Positions 34,974 through 44,610 of a stretch of DNA of 64,000 nt are shown here, in pieces. Every line of letters begins with the position of its first letter. Positions within the stretch are counted from its first letter, which is position 1. The stretch spans positions 147,815 to 211,814 of the forward strand of contig CAZBAS010000001.1 in the NCBI GenBank assembly GCA_964490395.1. The letters run 5' to 3'. The position numbers and the translations under genes were made by a program. The notes under the pieces were generated by a model that was not told the origin of the DNA, ran no database searches, and saw nothing but the letters and a program-made list of their open reading frames with translations. The stretch is from an uncultured Candidatus Saccharibacteria bacterium (lineage in GTDB: Bacteria > Patescibacteriota > Doudnabacteria > UBA920).

Positions 34974-36449
34974 ATGAAAATACTATTTATAGCCGCGGAA
35001 AATGCACCATATACACAGGTTGGGGGTCTTTCTCAAGTGGTGTCATTCCTGGCGCGGGCACTTCGTAAGCAGGGACATGATGTGCGAGCATTCACACCGA
35101 AGTACGGGATTATCAATACTCGAAAATACAGACTTGCTGTAGATACAAAAGAGCTTATTGTACCGACCGGTCATAAAAAAAGCGCTCACACTCCTTCGGA
35201 GCTTGTGTGCAGTGTAAAATATCGGGATGCAGACCCATTGTTTCCCCCTGCCTATTTTTTAGAAAACAAAGAATACTTTGAGCAGCGAGCAAATGTCTAT
35301 GGCTATGGTGATGAGCACGTGCGGTTTTACTTGCTTAGTTTAGGGTGTTTGGAGTGGTTGCTTAAGCAGAAAGCTACGGGTGGTTTTGTACCGGATGTAA
35401 TTCATGCCCACGATTGGCATACGGGGTATATAGTTGAACTCATAAAAAAGAATCCGCGCTATAAACTGCTGAGAAAAATTAAAATACTATACACCATACA
35501 CAACTTTAGGTACCAGGGGAACTATGACTTTTTGTATACGCCGAACCCCGACACAGGGAAGTCTCCGCTCTTGCCGCTGTTTGACCCGCACCAGCGCATG
35601 CAAAACCCGTTGCTCCGCGGTATGCTCTATGCTGACCACGTAAATACCGTTTCCCAGAAGCATGCCCTGGAAGTGCAGACGTCCAGAAGGGGGGAGCGAC
35701 TGGAGAAATATACAAAACGAATTGCCTACAAACTCTCGGGTGTTGCAAATGGCATAGACACGCAAGAGATGGATCCTGCGACCGATGTGCATATTGTATC
35801 CAATTATAATTTTAAAAATATTGCGGCACGGAGGCCAAACAAACCAGCCCTGCAAAAACTGTTCAATTTGCCCGTATCGCACAGCACCCCGGTAGTCGGG
35901 TTTGTGGGCAGGTTGGCTGCTCAAAAAGGTGTGGAACTGATATTTAAGGTTCTCGAACGCATAGACTCCTTGCCGCCCGTTCAATTTGTATTTTTAGGTG
36001 GGGGAGAGGATGCTCTTATAAGCGAGCTCACGCGTATATGCGCTGCTCATCCAACGCAAGTGGCTGCCATTTTGCATGGAGATTTTATCTTGCCTCGTAA
36101 AATGTTTGCAGGGTGCGATATGCTGCTTATGCCGAGTCGGTTTGAGCCTGGTGGTATAGTCGCCATGGAGGGATTGCGCTATGGTGCGGTGCCTATAGCG
36201 TCAGATACGGGAGGGTTATCGGAGACAGTAGTGCAATTCAATCCTAAGCTTGGCACTGGCAATGGATTTTTGCATGATCCTGGTGATATGTGGGGTTTGT
36301 TTGTGCAGCTTGTTTCCGCATTGCAGCTCTATGCTATACCCGATGTATGGAATGTACTCGTAAAAAATGCCATGGCCTGCGATTTTTCCTGGGATCACAC
36401 AGCAGTAAATTACGAGAAGCTCTACCGGCAATTATTGCGGGCGAAGTAG
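34974..36449 (+). CDS. glgA: glycogen synthase (GT5)
   Basis: MKILFIAAENAPYTQVGGLSQVV N-terminal ADP-glucose-binding motif (KTGGL-like). Confidence 0.8.
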   Translation: MKILFIAAENAPYTQVGGLSQVVSFLARALRKQGHDVRAFTPKYGIINTRKYRLAVDTKELIVPTGHKKSAHTPSELVCSVKYRDADPLFPPAYFLENKEYFEQRANVYGYGDEHVRFYLLSLGCLEWLLKQKATGGFVPDVIHAHDWHTGYIVELIKKNPRYKLLRKIKILYTIHNFRYQGNYDFLYTPNPDTGKSPLLPLFDPHQRMQNPLLRGMLYADHVNTVSQKHALEVQTSRRGERLEKYTKRIAYKLSGVANGIDTQEMDPATDVHIVSNYNFKNIAARRPNKPALQKLFNLPVSHSTPVVGFVGRLAAQKGVELIFKVLERIDSLPPVQFVFLGGGEDALISELTRICAAHPTQVAAILHGDFILPRKMFAGCDMLLMPSRFEPGGIVAMEGLRYGAVPIASDTGGLSETVVQFNPKLGTGNGFLHDPGDMWGLFVQLVSALQLYAIPDVWNVLVKNAMACDFSWDHTAVNYEKLYRQLLRAK

Positions 36450-36491
36450 GTAATGAAAAAACACGGCTGCATAGCCGTGTTTTTTTATAAT

Positions 36492-37325
36492 TTACTTTTG
36501 TCGTTTTTGTAAGAAGAAATTCTTCTGGTCTTGCTTATTGATCTGCTCACTGTTCGCGTCTTCCGAGCTTGCGCCCTCTTGCTTTGTGTTCTTGTTGTCT
36601 TGCTTCTGTGTAGGATCAAAGTTGCTCCGGCGGTCTTCTCGCCAGCTTCTTACATTTACTTTGTTTTTGAGCTTGGTAATAGTAGCGTCCAGGTCTTCTG
36701 CTTCACCTCGTTTGCCTTCGTGGTTAAGGTTTTTTTTGGTCTGCTCTAGGGTGCCTATGGCTTTCAGTACTTCCCGCCTGGCTCGCACTTCTGCTTCGGA
36801 GTGGGCAGTAGGTTTTTCTTCGTCGTCTGGCGCTATAGTTGTTCGAACAGTGGTGGTAGCTGCTTCGGGTGCCGTTAACGTAGCTGCTGTAGGCGCGGCG
36901 ATAGTTTTCTTTGGTGTCTGTTTAGCTTCTGGTGCTTTTGTTTCAAGGGTGTCTAGCTCACGAATACGTTCCTCTGTAAATTGCACTTGTAGTTTTGCTT
37001 TTGACTCAGGGGTCGAAGCAAAGGAGAGGCGAGCGCCTTCTACTGCCCGTTTAACCGAGTAGAGTGTGTCGCCGGGCATTGAACTACCAGAGGCGTAGGC
37101 AGTCCCTGAAAGGACAGCGAGAATTAACACCGCAAACGAGGAAACACGGACCAGCGTAAGAGACCATGCTCTGCGTGGGCTTGTGTGCTGGGCAGCTTGG
37201 TCAGGTCCTGCTGCAATACGAGCCAGTACCCGCTGCTTAATCTGTTCTTTTGCAGAAATAGACAGGCTAGGGGTTCCGCGTTCGGAATACTTTTTATAGA
37301 GATGGATTAACTTATCTTGTTTCAT
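36492..37325 (-). CDS. putative anti-sigma factor (single TM, Lys/Glu-rich extracytoplasmic tail)
   Basis: Overlaps the ECF sigma gene by 14 nt. Cytoplasmic N-terminus, TM (FAVLILAVLSGTAYA), and a low-complexity charged C-terminus. Confidence 0.4.
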   Translation of the reverse strand: MKQDKLIHLYKKYSERGTPSLSISAKEQIKQRVLARIAAGPDQAAQHTSPRRAWSLTLVRVSSFAVLILAVLSGTAYASGSSMPGDTLYSVKRAVEGARLSFASTPESKAKLQVQFTEERIRELDTLETKAPEAKQTPKKTIAAPTAATLTAPEAATTTVRTTIAPDDEEKPTAHSEAEVRARREVLKAIGTLEQTKKNLNHEGKRGEAEDLDATITKLKNKVNVRSWREDRRSNFDPTQKQDNKNTKQEGASSEDANSEQINKQDQKNFFLQKRQK

Positions 37326-37866
37326 GGTGCTTGAATATGCGTTCTAGTTTTTTCATGGCGCGGTGCTGGAGTACTCGGACCGATACACTATTTTTCTTGA
37401 GCGCTTTCGCTGTTTCTTCTATAGAGAGTTCTTGAATAAATCTTAACTCGAGTACTTGTTTATAGTTTATAGGAAGTTGGCTTAATGCTTTATGCAGGAG
37501 TACGGCATCCAGGGAGCTATTTACTAAATCGCTCGTATCATTGTCTGCGGCGGTATCAAAGGTGGGGTCTAGGGAAACGGTTTGCGGTCTGCGATATACC
37601 TTACGAAAATGATCATTGACCGTATTTGAAGCGACGGTGTAGAGCCAAGCAGAAAAATTTAAATCTTTCAATTCTAACTTTTTACAACCGTGCCATGCCT
37701 TTACAAAAACCTCTTGAAGCAGGTCCTCTGCATGCTCTGGGTCCGATGTTTTAAAAGATATAAATTTATATATTCTATCCGCGAATTCATCGTATAAGCT
37801 TGCAAACGCCTGTTCGCTTCCTTGCTGGACCTCGGCAACTAATTTTTCAATGTCAGCTTTTTCCAT
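37312..37866 (-). CDS. ECF (sigma-70 family) RNA polymerase sigma factor
   Basis: Region 2 (FASLYDEFADRIYKFISFKTSDPEHAEDLLQEVFVKAW) and region 4 HTH (LSIEETAKALKKNSVSVRVLQHRAMKKL). Confidence 0.8.
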   Translation of the reverse strand: MEKADIEKLVAEVQQGSEQAFASLYDEFADRIYKFISFKTSDPEHAEDLLQEVFVKAWHGCKKLELKDLNFSAWLYTVASNTVNDHFRKVYRRPQTVSLDPTFDTAADNDTSDLVNSSLDAVLLHKALSQLPINYKQVLELRFIQELSIEETAKALKKNSVSVRVLQHRAMKKLERIFKHHETR

Positions 37867-38046
37867 ACTATATATCGTACACGAAAGTCTATTGTTTCAC
37901 TATGTATACATTCCTGCACCGAATACTGATGTTAGGGCTATAACCGCTTAAATAAGCAGTAAATTTGCTGTAACATACCCGTTTTCCGAGCGATGTATAC
38001 AGCAAGGGGGATTTACTCACTATAAACTAAACGAAAGGATATTGCT

Positions 38047-38721
38047 ATGACGAATACATATAAATTTCCAGCGTTGCTTGCTGCTGCGCTCGTAGTTGCT
38101 TTGACCGTACCGGGCCTCGCATCTGCCCATGGTAATGACAGGAAAGACGATAAAGGCTGGGGCCGCGGTAAAAACATGAAGCAAGAACGCCGTACTTCTG
38201 AAGTAAATGAATTTGGAGTACGCGTTTGGAATGATGGCGCTATCCAGCTTCCAGGTGGTATATTCCACAAGGGTGCTGTCACTGCTACTTCAAGCACTGG
38301 CTTTACTTTTAAAGAAGGAACTACTACCTATACAGTTACTACTAGCTCCGCTAAGTTAGTGCAATTGCCTCATACAGTTATTGGTCTTTCTAACATTGCA
38401 GTAAACGACTCTGTATCCGTAACTGGTACAGTGACCGGTAGTACCATAGACGCAAGTGTGGTGTTTGTCACTAAGGCAAACGTAAAGCCCGCCACTACCA
38501 AAGGTACGGTAACTGCAGTCAGTGGAAACACAGTAACGGTGCAGACGAAAGATAACAAAACCGTCACTGTAAATACCGATAGCAACACCCAGGTTGTGAA
38601 AAAAGATGGTACTACTGGTACCGTAGCAGCCGATGTTACTACGAATAGCAAGGTGAAACTCTTTGGTCTTTGGGATGGCGTACTCCATGTATTCAACGCT
38701 ATAAAGATAAAGATTAAGTAA
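38047..38721 (+). CDS. secreted DUF5666-like beta-repeat protein
   Basis: Signal peptide ALLAAALVVALTVPGLASA. Repeated TGTVTAVSGNTVTVQTKDNKTVTVNTDSNTQV-type motifs. Confidence 0.45.
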   Translation: MTNTYKFPALLAAALVVALTVPGLASAHGNDRKDDKGWGRGKNMKQERRTSEVNEFGVRVWNDGAIQLPGGIFHKGAVTATSSTGFTFKEGTTTYTVTTSSAKLVQLPHTVIGLSNIAVNDSVSVTGTVTGSTIDASVVFVTKANVKPATTKGTVTAVSGNTVTVQTKDNKTVTVNTDSNTQVVKKDGTTGTVAADVTTNSKVKLFGLWDGVLHVFNAIKIKIK

Positions 38722-38846
38722 TTCCGGCCTCTCGCTGATTATGTACAAAACATTCCTACATTCTTAAGAATGTAGGAATGTTTTTCTATATCAGACACAT
38801 CCGTGGTAACAGTTAAAATTCATCTGTTTTCTATATACTTCAGCGT

Positions 38847-39668
38847 ATGAATGTTCCGAGTATTGATGGCGTAGTACTTAAAAAAAGAATACAGAAACCA
38901 CGGGGTGTAAGCGTAACAGTGCGTGTAGTAACAGAACAGGGGAGCGCCCAAATTCCTCCCAGGCTATCTCATCTGCGCTCTAGTAACCATCTACCAAAAG
39001 TGCGTCCGCGCATGTTTAAAGGTTTTCCAGCATTTAGTGTAGTTGCCATGGTGGTAATTTCATTTGCTGCTGGTTTATTTGCTATGTGGCAGACTCGTGC
39101 GTCTCTGGCTGAGAATACCCCCCAGGTGGTAGAGGGCGGGCAAACGCCTCCAGGAACCATAGCTATACGTGTCGAAAACGAAACTGTGCCCTCTACTGTG
39201 CCAGCCTCGAACACCGCAATATATACTATGAGCCTTGAGCAGCTGGAATACTATTTGCAGGAAGGATATAAAACGCCGGAAATGCGTCAGGCTGAATTAC
39301 TTAGGCTCCGTGCAGAAAAAATTCGTACGTACTTAGCAAGTAAAAAGTCGCCTCTGGCAGATATTGCCAATACGCTTGCTAGCTTGCGGCATTGGCGTGT
39401 AGTTATTGCTATTTCCAATTCCGAAAGCTCCCTTGGCAAGCGCTGTGCAGATAATAACTGCAGTGGCATTGGCGTAGAGCCGGGACATCCACTCTGGCGA
39501 GAATATGAAACAAAGGCAGACTGGGCAAAAGATTTGGATGCGCTTATAGAAAAGCGGTATAAAAACTGGACACTTGAACAAATGAACGGGGTATACAACA
39601 ACCCCGGAAGTGAAAACTGGGTGTTTGCTGCCCGGCAAATTCTAGATGATTTAAAAGACGTAGAATAG
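38847..39668 (+). CDS. membrane-anchored GH73-like peptidoglycan hydrolase-like protein (paralog of 10347..11075)
   Basis: VVIAISNSESSLGKRCADNNCSGIGVEPG...DWAKDLDALIEKRYK...PGSENWVF aligns with the paralog and with the GH73 LESGWG / NLFGIK / FxDYxxLL pattern. Confidence 0.45.
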   Translation: MNVPSIDGVVLKKRIQKPRGVSVTVRVVTEQGSAQIPPRLSHLRSSNHLPKVRPRMFKGFPAFSVVAMVVISFAAGLFAMWQTRASLAENTPQVVEGGQTPPGTIAIRVENETVPSTVPASNTAIYTMSLEQLEYYLQEGYKTPEMRQAELLRLRAEKIRTYLASKKSPLADIANTLASLRHWRVVIAISNSESSLGKRCADNNCSGIGVEPGHPLWREYETKADWAKDLDALIEKRYKNWTLEQMNGVYNNPGSENWVFAARQILDDLKDVE

Positions 39669-39735
39669 ACAAACGCCAGCACAACAGTGCTGGCGTTTAT
39701 AGTGTGTGAAATAACCAATAAGCACATGGACTTAT

Positions 39736-40755
39736 TTATTTTTTGATCCGACCTACGAATCTTTTTACAGTTTTACCATAGAGCGCATGGCCTTTTCTAA
39801 GGAGGGTGGCTCGGTGCTTCTTTGCTCCTTTGCGTATCTTGTGGAGGAGGCTCGCGCTGTTCTTACGCGTATTCACTTTACATTCTTCAGGGCAGATTGC
39901 GGTTCTTTCTGTAGAGTGTTCACATTCCTCGCATACTATAAGCTGCCGGTAACAATTCTTGCAGTTGCTAAAGCGTTCGCTTGGTTTGCCGCACGAAACA
40001 CACTTTCCTACAATTTGATGTTTTGGGTCGTCTGTATAAAAACCCATCATCATGCGGTTATCGAATACATAGAGTTTTCCAAGAAAATCTTCGTTTGGGT
40101 ATGCGGCCATGTAGCTTACTATGCCGCCATCGAGCTGATAGACATCTGTAAACCCATTTTCAAGCAAGTATCCGGACGCCTTTTCGCAGCGCACACCACC
40201 AGTACACACCGTGACTACGGTTTTGTTTTTTAAATGTGCAACGGACCGCAAAAATTTTGGTAGGTCGCGAAAATTATCCATTGGAGGAACAATAGAATCT
40301 TTAAAGTGTCCTACTTGATGCTCATACACATTGCGCATGTCTACAATGTAGAACTCTTTGTCAGAATGGATCCACGTATGAAGCTCGGCAGGGGAGAGGT
40401 GTATGCCGGTGACTACATTTGGGTCTATGTCACATTTGCCGAGGCCTAGGGTAACTATTTCTGGTCGAACTTTGACCGATGTTTTGGGAAATGCATTGCC
40501 AGTGCCCGGACTTCGTTTTATGTGCGTGGTAGCAAACCTGGGGTCGCTTAAAAACACCTGCAAGTATTCTGCAATGTGTTCTTTTGTTCCTTCTAGTGTG
40601 GCATTGATGCCTTCACTGGCAATAAGCGTGCGGCCGCGGAGCTGGAGCCTATTTTGTAGCTCGCGTTGCTCCTCGGCAAACTGCTCCGGGTTTACTATAT
40701 GGACGTATTTATAAAAAAGGATTATCTCAAAATTTGCTGGTTCTTGCTCGTTCAT
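39736..40755 (-). CDS. trhO: tRNA uridine(34) hydroxylase (rhodanese-domain, YceA/TrhO family)
   Basis: ILFYKYVHI...LIASEGINATL N-terminus, rhodanese Cys (VCTGGVRCEKA), C-terminal Cys-rich zinc ribbon. Confidence 0.75.
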   Translation of the reverse strand: MNEQEPANFEIILFYKYVHIVNPEQFAEEQRELQNRLQLRGRTLIASEGINATLEGTKEHIAEYLQVFLSDPRFATTHIKRSPGTGNAFPKTSVKVRPEIVTLGLGKCDIDPNVVTGIHLSPAELHTWIHSDKEFYIVDMRNVYEHQVGHFKDSIVPPMDNFRDLPKFLRSVAHLKNKTVVTVCTGGVRCEKASGYLLENGFTDVYQLDGGIVSYMAAYPNEDFLGKLYVFDNRMMMGFYTDDPKHQIVGKCVSCGKPSERFSNCKNCYRQLIVCEECEHSTERTAICPEECKVNTRKNSASLLHKIRKGAKKHRATLLRKGHALYGKTVKRFVGRIKK

Positions 40756-40831
40756 AACTAGGGTATTTTAGCAGAAAGTGAACCTGTACGTATAGTATAG
40801 AAAAATGAACCAAAAAGTGGTCTGATAGTGC

Positions 40832-40872
40832 CTATAAAAATAAAATCACCCAGCAAATATCTGGGTTCGTTG
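40832..40872 (-). terminator. Rho-independent terminator of the TPM gene
   Basis: Minus-strand ACCCAG-ATATTTG-CTGGGT followed by GATTTTATTTTTAT. Confidence 0.55.
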
Positions 40873-40943
40873 TCTATTGCAACACGTGTGTGCAATCTTT
40901 TGTTCGCTCGCTTGTTGCCTCCTACAAGTTGTGCGTACCGTGG

Positions 40944-41861
40944 CTAGAGATTTTTCGCTAGCCGCTCTGCTTCATCTAATTTGCTGTTTATGGCTTCATA
41001 GATTCTGCCGAGCTCCCGGTATTCTCGTGTCGAGAGGTTTGGGTCTTCGGGCTGTTGATGAATGGTGCTTGGGCCATACGCAAGGTAGGTTGACCAAGCT
41101 TCGTCGAATAGTTGTTGTGCTCTGCGTACGTGCTCCGGTGCTTCTTCCGATATATCGTACTTTCCTTCGGTAAGTCGCAGGGTTGCTCGTTCTTTGCTGC
41201 TGGCCGCTGCGAGCCGCGCTGTTGTCCGCTCTTCCTCTTGTTCTCTTCTCCGTCTGAGTAGGATGGTGCTTCCCCAAAGCACTAGAATAGTACAAGTGAT
41301 GAGTGTGATGAGTACGAGCGCTTGTCCTATGCCTTGTGCATTTATAACCGTTGTATTTGGTTTTGGGTGTAAGTGCATGTCGAGCACCCGATGTGTTTCT
41401 TCCATGCCAGCAGTGAATGCTCCAGCAAAATCGTTTTGCCTAAAGTGTGGTCGCATGTGATCGGCGATAATGCGGGCATAATTGGCATTTATTGGCTCCT
41501 TAAACGTAAGCCCTGAAAAGATGCCTGCTGCTCGTTCTTGTCGTACATGTACGAACACTAGTAAATTGCCTTTGCGGCCTTGCGGTGTTTTCCAGGAAGG
41601 ACATTGCTGCTCTACGGTTTTGATGAAGGTGTCTAAATTGCCGCTGCCTTGCATGGTTTGGTACGTCCGTACTCGCACATCTGCTCCGAGACTCGTGAGC
41701 TTTTGTGCTGCTTGTTCAACTTCCTGAACGTGTCCGGTGAATACCTGCGATTCATCTACCACCAGAGCGTCGCAGCTTTGTGCTGCTACTGCAAGGTTTG
41801 GATATAGACAGGCAAACCCTAGGACCAGAGTTACACATACCATTCGCATATAGTTCCTCAT
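40944..41861 (-). CDS. TPM-domain (YgcG/TLP18.3-like) membrane protein
   Basis: Signal peptide, roughly 150-aa TPM-like domain, one TM (ALVLITLITCTILVLWG), charged C-terminal tail. Confidence 0.5.
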   Translation of the reverse strand: MRNYMRMVCVTLVLGFACLYPNLAVAAQSCDALVVDESQVFTGHVQEVEQAAQKLTSLGADVRVRTYQTMQGSGNLDTFIKTVEQQCPSWKTPQGRKGNLLVFVHVRQERAAGIFSGLTFKEPINANYARIIADHMRPHFRQNDFAGAFTAGMEETHRVLDMHLHPKPNTTVINAQGIGQALVLITLITCTILVLWGSTILLRRRREQEEERTTARLAAASSKERATLRLTEGKYDISEEAPEHVRRAQQLFDEAWSTYLAYGPSTIHQQPEDPNLSTREYRELGRIYEAINSKLDEAERLAKNL

Positions 41862-41894
41862 ATTTGTTTCTCCTTTTTTGTTGTATGTTCGCTA

Positions 41895-42090
41895 GTGATT
41901 GTTTCTGCTGTTTTAGCTGCCACCACAACCGCCACCACCACAACCGCCACCGCCACAGCTACTGCCACAACTACTCCCACCACCGCAACTGCTTGCACTT
42001 CCGCCACCGCCACAGCTGGGGCTGGACCCAGAACTGCTTCCGCCACAACTACCAGACGAGGTGCAGCCGGCTACAGAAGATAGTGTAGTC
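41895..42090. repeat. low-complexity GCC/ACC/ACA codon repeat encoding the Gly/Cys/Ser tail
   Basis: ccaccaccacaaccgccaccgccacagct... It generates spurious ORFs in all frames. Confidence 0.8.
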
Positions 42091-42620
42091 GGGGCATCTG
42101 ACATGACAATAAGGTTGCCGCAACTACTGTTGTTGCTTACGCTGCTTCCGAATTCTTGCTTTCGCAATTCTCTGCTTCGTTCGTCGGCTTTTTCCTGCGC
42201 ACCCGGGGTAAGCTTTAGCTCTGGGTTGTGATGGATAAAGCGACCAAACAAGTATTCGCAATCTGCTTGGTACTTAGCAGTATGCTGTATGTGGTAGTGC
42301 CACACTATATCGCAGTCTTCAGATAGCGGAGCAAGGGTTTCGTCCGGGTATTTGCCAAAGAGCACCAAAAGCTGCCGGTATTCTAACTCTGCTTTGTGAA
42401 GTCGCTTTTTGCCCCATCGCTGTTTCGCTTTGATCTTAGCGATAATGGGCGAGAGGTCCAGCAGCGCTGCTTTTTGCTGCACGGACTCAAGTGTTGCGGC
42501 TTTGGCAATGAGGTACTCTCGTCTGTTTCGCTCTTTCACTCTTCTCTGGAACCGCGCTCTCAGTAGTGCCAGCGCTAACAGTGTGAACATGCCAACTATG
42601 ATCCATAACAAAACTTCCAT
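41913..42620 (-). CDS. GRDP/DUF1399-like protein with an N-terminal TM and a C-terminal Gly/Cys/Ser-rich tail
   Basis: DCDIVWHYHIQHTAKYQADCEYLFGRFIHHNP resembles the DUF1399 core as I remember it. The tail is SSCGGGSSCGSSCGGGGCGGGGCGGS. Confidence 0.4.
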   Translation of the reverse strand: MEVLLWIIVGMFTLLALALLRARFQRRVKERNRREYLIAKAATLESVQQKAALLDLSPIIAKIKAKQRWGKKRLHKAELEYRQLLVLFGKYPDETLAPLSEDCDIVWHYHIQHTAKYQADCEYLFGRFIHHNPELKLTPGAQEKADERSRELRKQEFGSSVSNNSSCGNLIVMSDAPTTLSSVAGCTSSGSCGGSSSGSSPSCGGGGSASSCGGGSSCGSSCGGGGCGGGGCGGS

Positions 42621-42955
42621 ATGTTTCTCCTTTGTCTGTAATTCAGTGTTTCAGTATGAGGAAATATGCGCGTATAGATACGTACATTGTTGTCCCCGTG
42701 TAAGTTTTCAAAGTGCTGCGAAAGGTTTTTGGCGTTTGCCTCTCCTTTCACCCCCAGCGTATGTTGTAAGGGGTTTAGTGTCAATGCTCTAGGGGCTTGA
42801 CCAGTATAGAATGTGGTATATACTTATAGAGTGGCTTCTAGAGGGTCACAAAAAACCGGCAGCAGTGCCAGGTTTTTGTTTTTTTATATGCCCTACATTC
42901 TCAATGTATTAAGGTTAGTTTGATATACTAGATATATTCTTACCATACATTTTTC

Positions 42956-43933
42956 ATGGCCCTATTTGTTCATATAGTATTGTTTATTGCCTCCGCTGCG
43001 GTTATCTGGTTTTTTGCAGGAATGCTTGTGGAGGCTATTAACAGAGTTGCGCAGAGGTTTTATTTGAGTGGCTTTACGGTGGCCTTCTTTGTGCTTGGGT
43101 TTCTCACGTCCATAAGTGAGATATCGGTCATGGTGAATTCCACTATAGATAAAGCGCCCCAGATTTCTTCGGGTAACTTAATTGGGGCGTCATTTGTTAT
43201 CTTGCTCTGCATTATTCCCTTGCTCGCAGTGGCCAATAATGGTATACGCCTTTCCAATACCTTACACAAAACAAATTTGGCTCTTGCGCTTGTTGTGGTT
43301 GTGCTGCCTGTACTCCTTGTGCTGGATGGAACAGTTACACAAAGCGAAGGGGCGGCGTGCTTGCTCTTGTATGCTTTGCTTGTGTACCGTATTCGCCGCC
43401 AAGTATCTACTACGGTCCCCAGAGTCTTAAAAGCAGTGGAGACCAACCTGGTGCATAAGCGCAAAGTCACTATTGTTGACATTGCCAAGATTGGCATTGG
43501 GGCGGTGTGTATATTCGTGGCAGGGAATTTGCTTGTGGATGAATCCATATATTTTTCAAACGTACTAGGTATTCCAAGCTCAATCGTTGGCCTTCTGGTG
43601 CTTTCAATTGGTACGAATATACCGGAAATAGTTATAGCAGCTCGCTCGCTTCTAAAAAAACATACGGACATTGCCTTTGGAGACTATCTTGGCTCAACCG
43701 TGGCCAACACACTTATTTTTTCCTTTCTGCCTTGGCTCAATGGGAACTTTGTAGTTGAGCGTACTGAATTTTTATTTACTGCTGTGCTCATGGTAATCGG
43801 TCTTATTGGGTTTTATGTAGCAGCACAATCAAAGAACAGCATAAGTAGAGCAGAAGGTGTGGGCCTTATTGCGTTATATATACTATTCGTTATTACTCAG
43901 TCCATTACCTTTATAAGATTCGCAACAGATTAG
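42956..43933 (+). CDS. Ca2+/cation antiporter (CaCA, YrbG-like)
   Basis: Two alpha-repeats (SISEISVMV and GTNIPEIVIAARS). 10-11 TM. Confidence 0.6.
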   Translation: MALFVHIVLFIASAAVIWFFAGMLVEAINRVAQRFYLSGFTVAFFVLGFLTSISEISVMVNSTIDKAPQISSGNLIGASFVILLCIIPLLAVANNGIRLSNTLHKTNLALALVVVVLPVLLVLDGTVTQSEGAACLLLYALLVYRIRRQVSTTVPRVLKAVETNLVHKRKVTIVDIAKIGIGAVCIFVAGNLLVDESIYFSNVLGIPSSIVGLLVLSIGTNIPEIVIAARSLLKKHTDIAFGDYLGSTVANTLIFSFLPWLNGNFVVERTEFLFTAVLMVIGLIGFYVAAQSKNSISRAEGVGLIALYILFVITQSITFIRFATD

Positions 43934-44025
43934 GCGCGTGTCTGAAAGTGATTGCAAAAAATACAGCCGTCTATTGTTCTGCAATAGACGGCTGTATGAA
44001 TTCAGCTGTGTGGTAGTATGGGTGA

Positions 44026-44610
44026 TTAGTTGGTTTTCGTTCCTGTGGTTTGGTCTAGAGGGGCCCCGGTGCCGCCAAATCCAGGGCCGCCGTGTCCGCC
44101 TCGCCCGCCATGTCCTCCGCCAAGGAACATAAGGTATTGCTCAGGAATATTATTTTGAGTGGCCCATGTTTTTAAGGCGTCGCGCTCGGCAGTCATTTTT
44201 GCTTGGCGTTCAGCCTCGGTAAGGTTTTGGAACGTGTCCTTTTGTGCCTTGCGCGCTGCTTCCAGCTCTGCTTTTTTCGCAGTTATTGCATTGGCCTGCG
44301 CTTGGGTGAGTGTGCCGTTAGTTACTGCAGCTGCAAGCCTGCTTGCTTCTTCAGCTTTGTGCTGCGCTTCCATGTGCGTACGCTGTTCATCGAACACAGC
44401 TTGTACATCGGTCGTACTTACATTAAATTTTTGTGCAATTGCGGAAATAAGCGACTGCATTGGGTTCGGCCTGCTCGCGACCGTGCCGGTGCTTTGAGTG
44501 GTGGTGGCACTGGTATTGGACGCGGCATGGGTTACACCAAGGCCAAGTCCGGCAAGTCCAAGCGCCACACCTGCGGTGGCAATAAGCGTAGATGAGTTTG
44601 GTTTTTTCAT
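44026..44610 (-). CDS. secreted hypothetical protein with a Gly/His-rich C-terminal tail
   Basis: Start re-assigned to MKKPNSS at 44610. Signal peptide. LTQAQANAITAKKAELEAARKAQ helical region. GGGHGGRGGHGGPGFGG tail. Confidence 0.4.
   Translation of the reverse strand: MKKPNSSTLIATAGVALGLAGLGLGVTHAASNTSATTTQSTGTVASRPNPMQSLISAIAQKFNVSTTDVQAVFDEQRTHMEAQHKAEEASRLAAAVTNGTLTQAQANAITAKKAELEAARKAQKDTFQNLTEAERQAKMTAERDALKTWATQNNIPEQYLMFLGGGHGGRGGHGGPGFGGTGAPLDQTTGTKTN

Noticed and set aside
35487-35984. 165-aa antisense ORF inside glgA
   Set aside because: It is opposite a well-conserved glycogen synthase reading frame and has no start context.
41780-42088. ORFs 41780..42088(+), 41858..46(-) and 41895..42083(+) encoding poly-His/Arg/Cys, poly-Ala/Val or poly-Thr/Ala peptides
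   Set aside because: They are artefacts of the simple-sequence GCC/ACC tract. Only the minus-strand frame is continuous with a real N-terminal domain (41913..42620).
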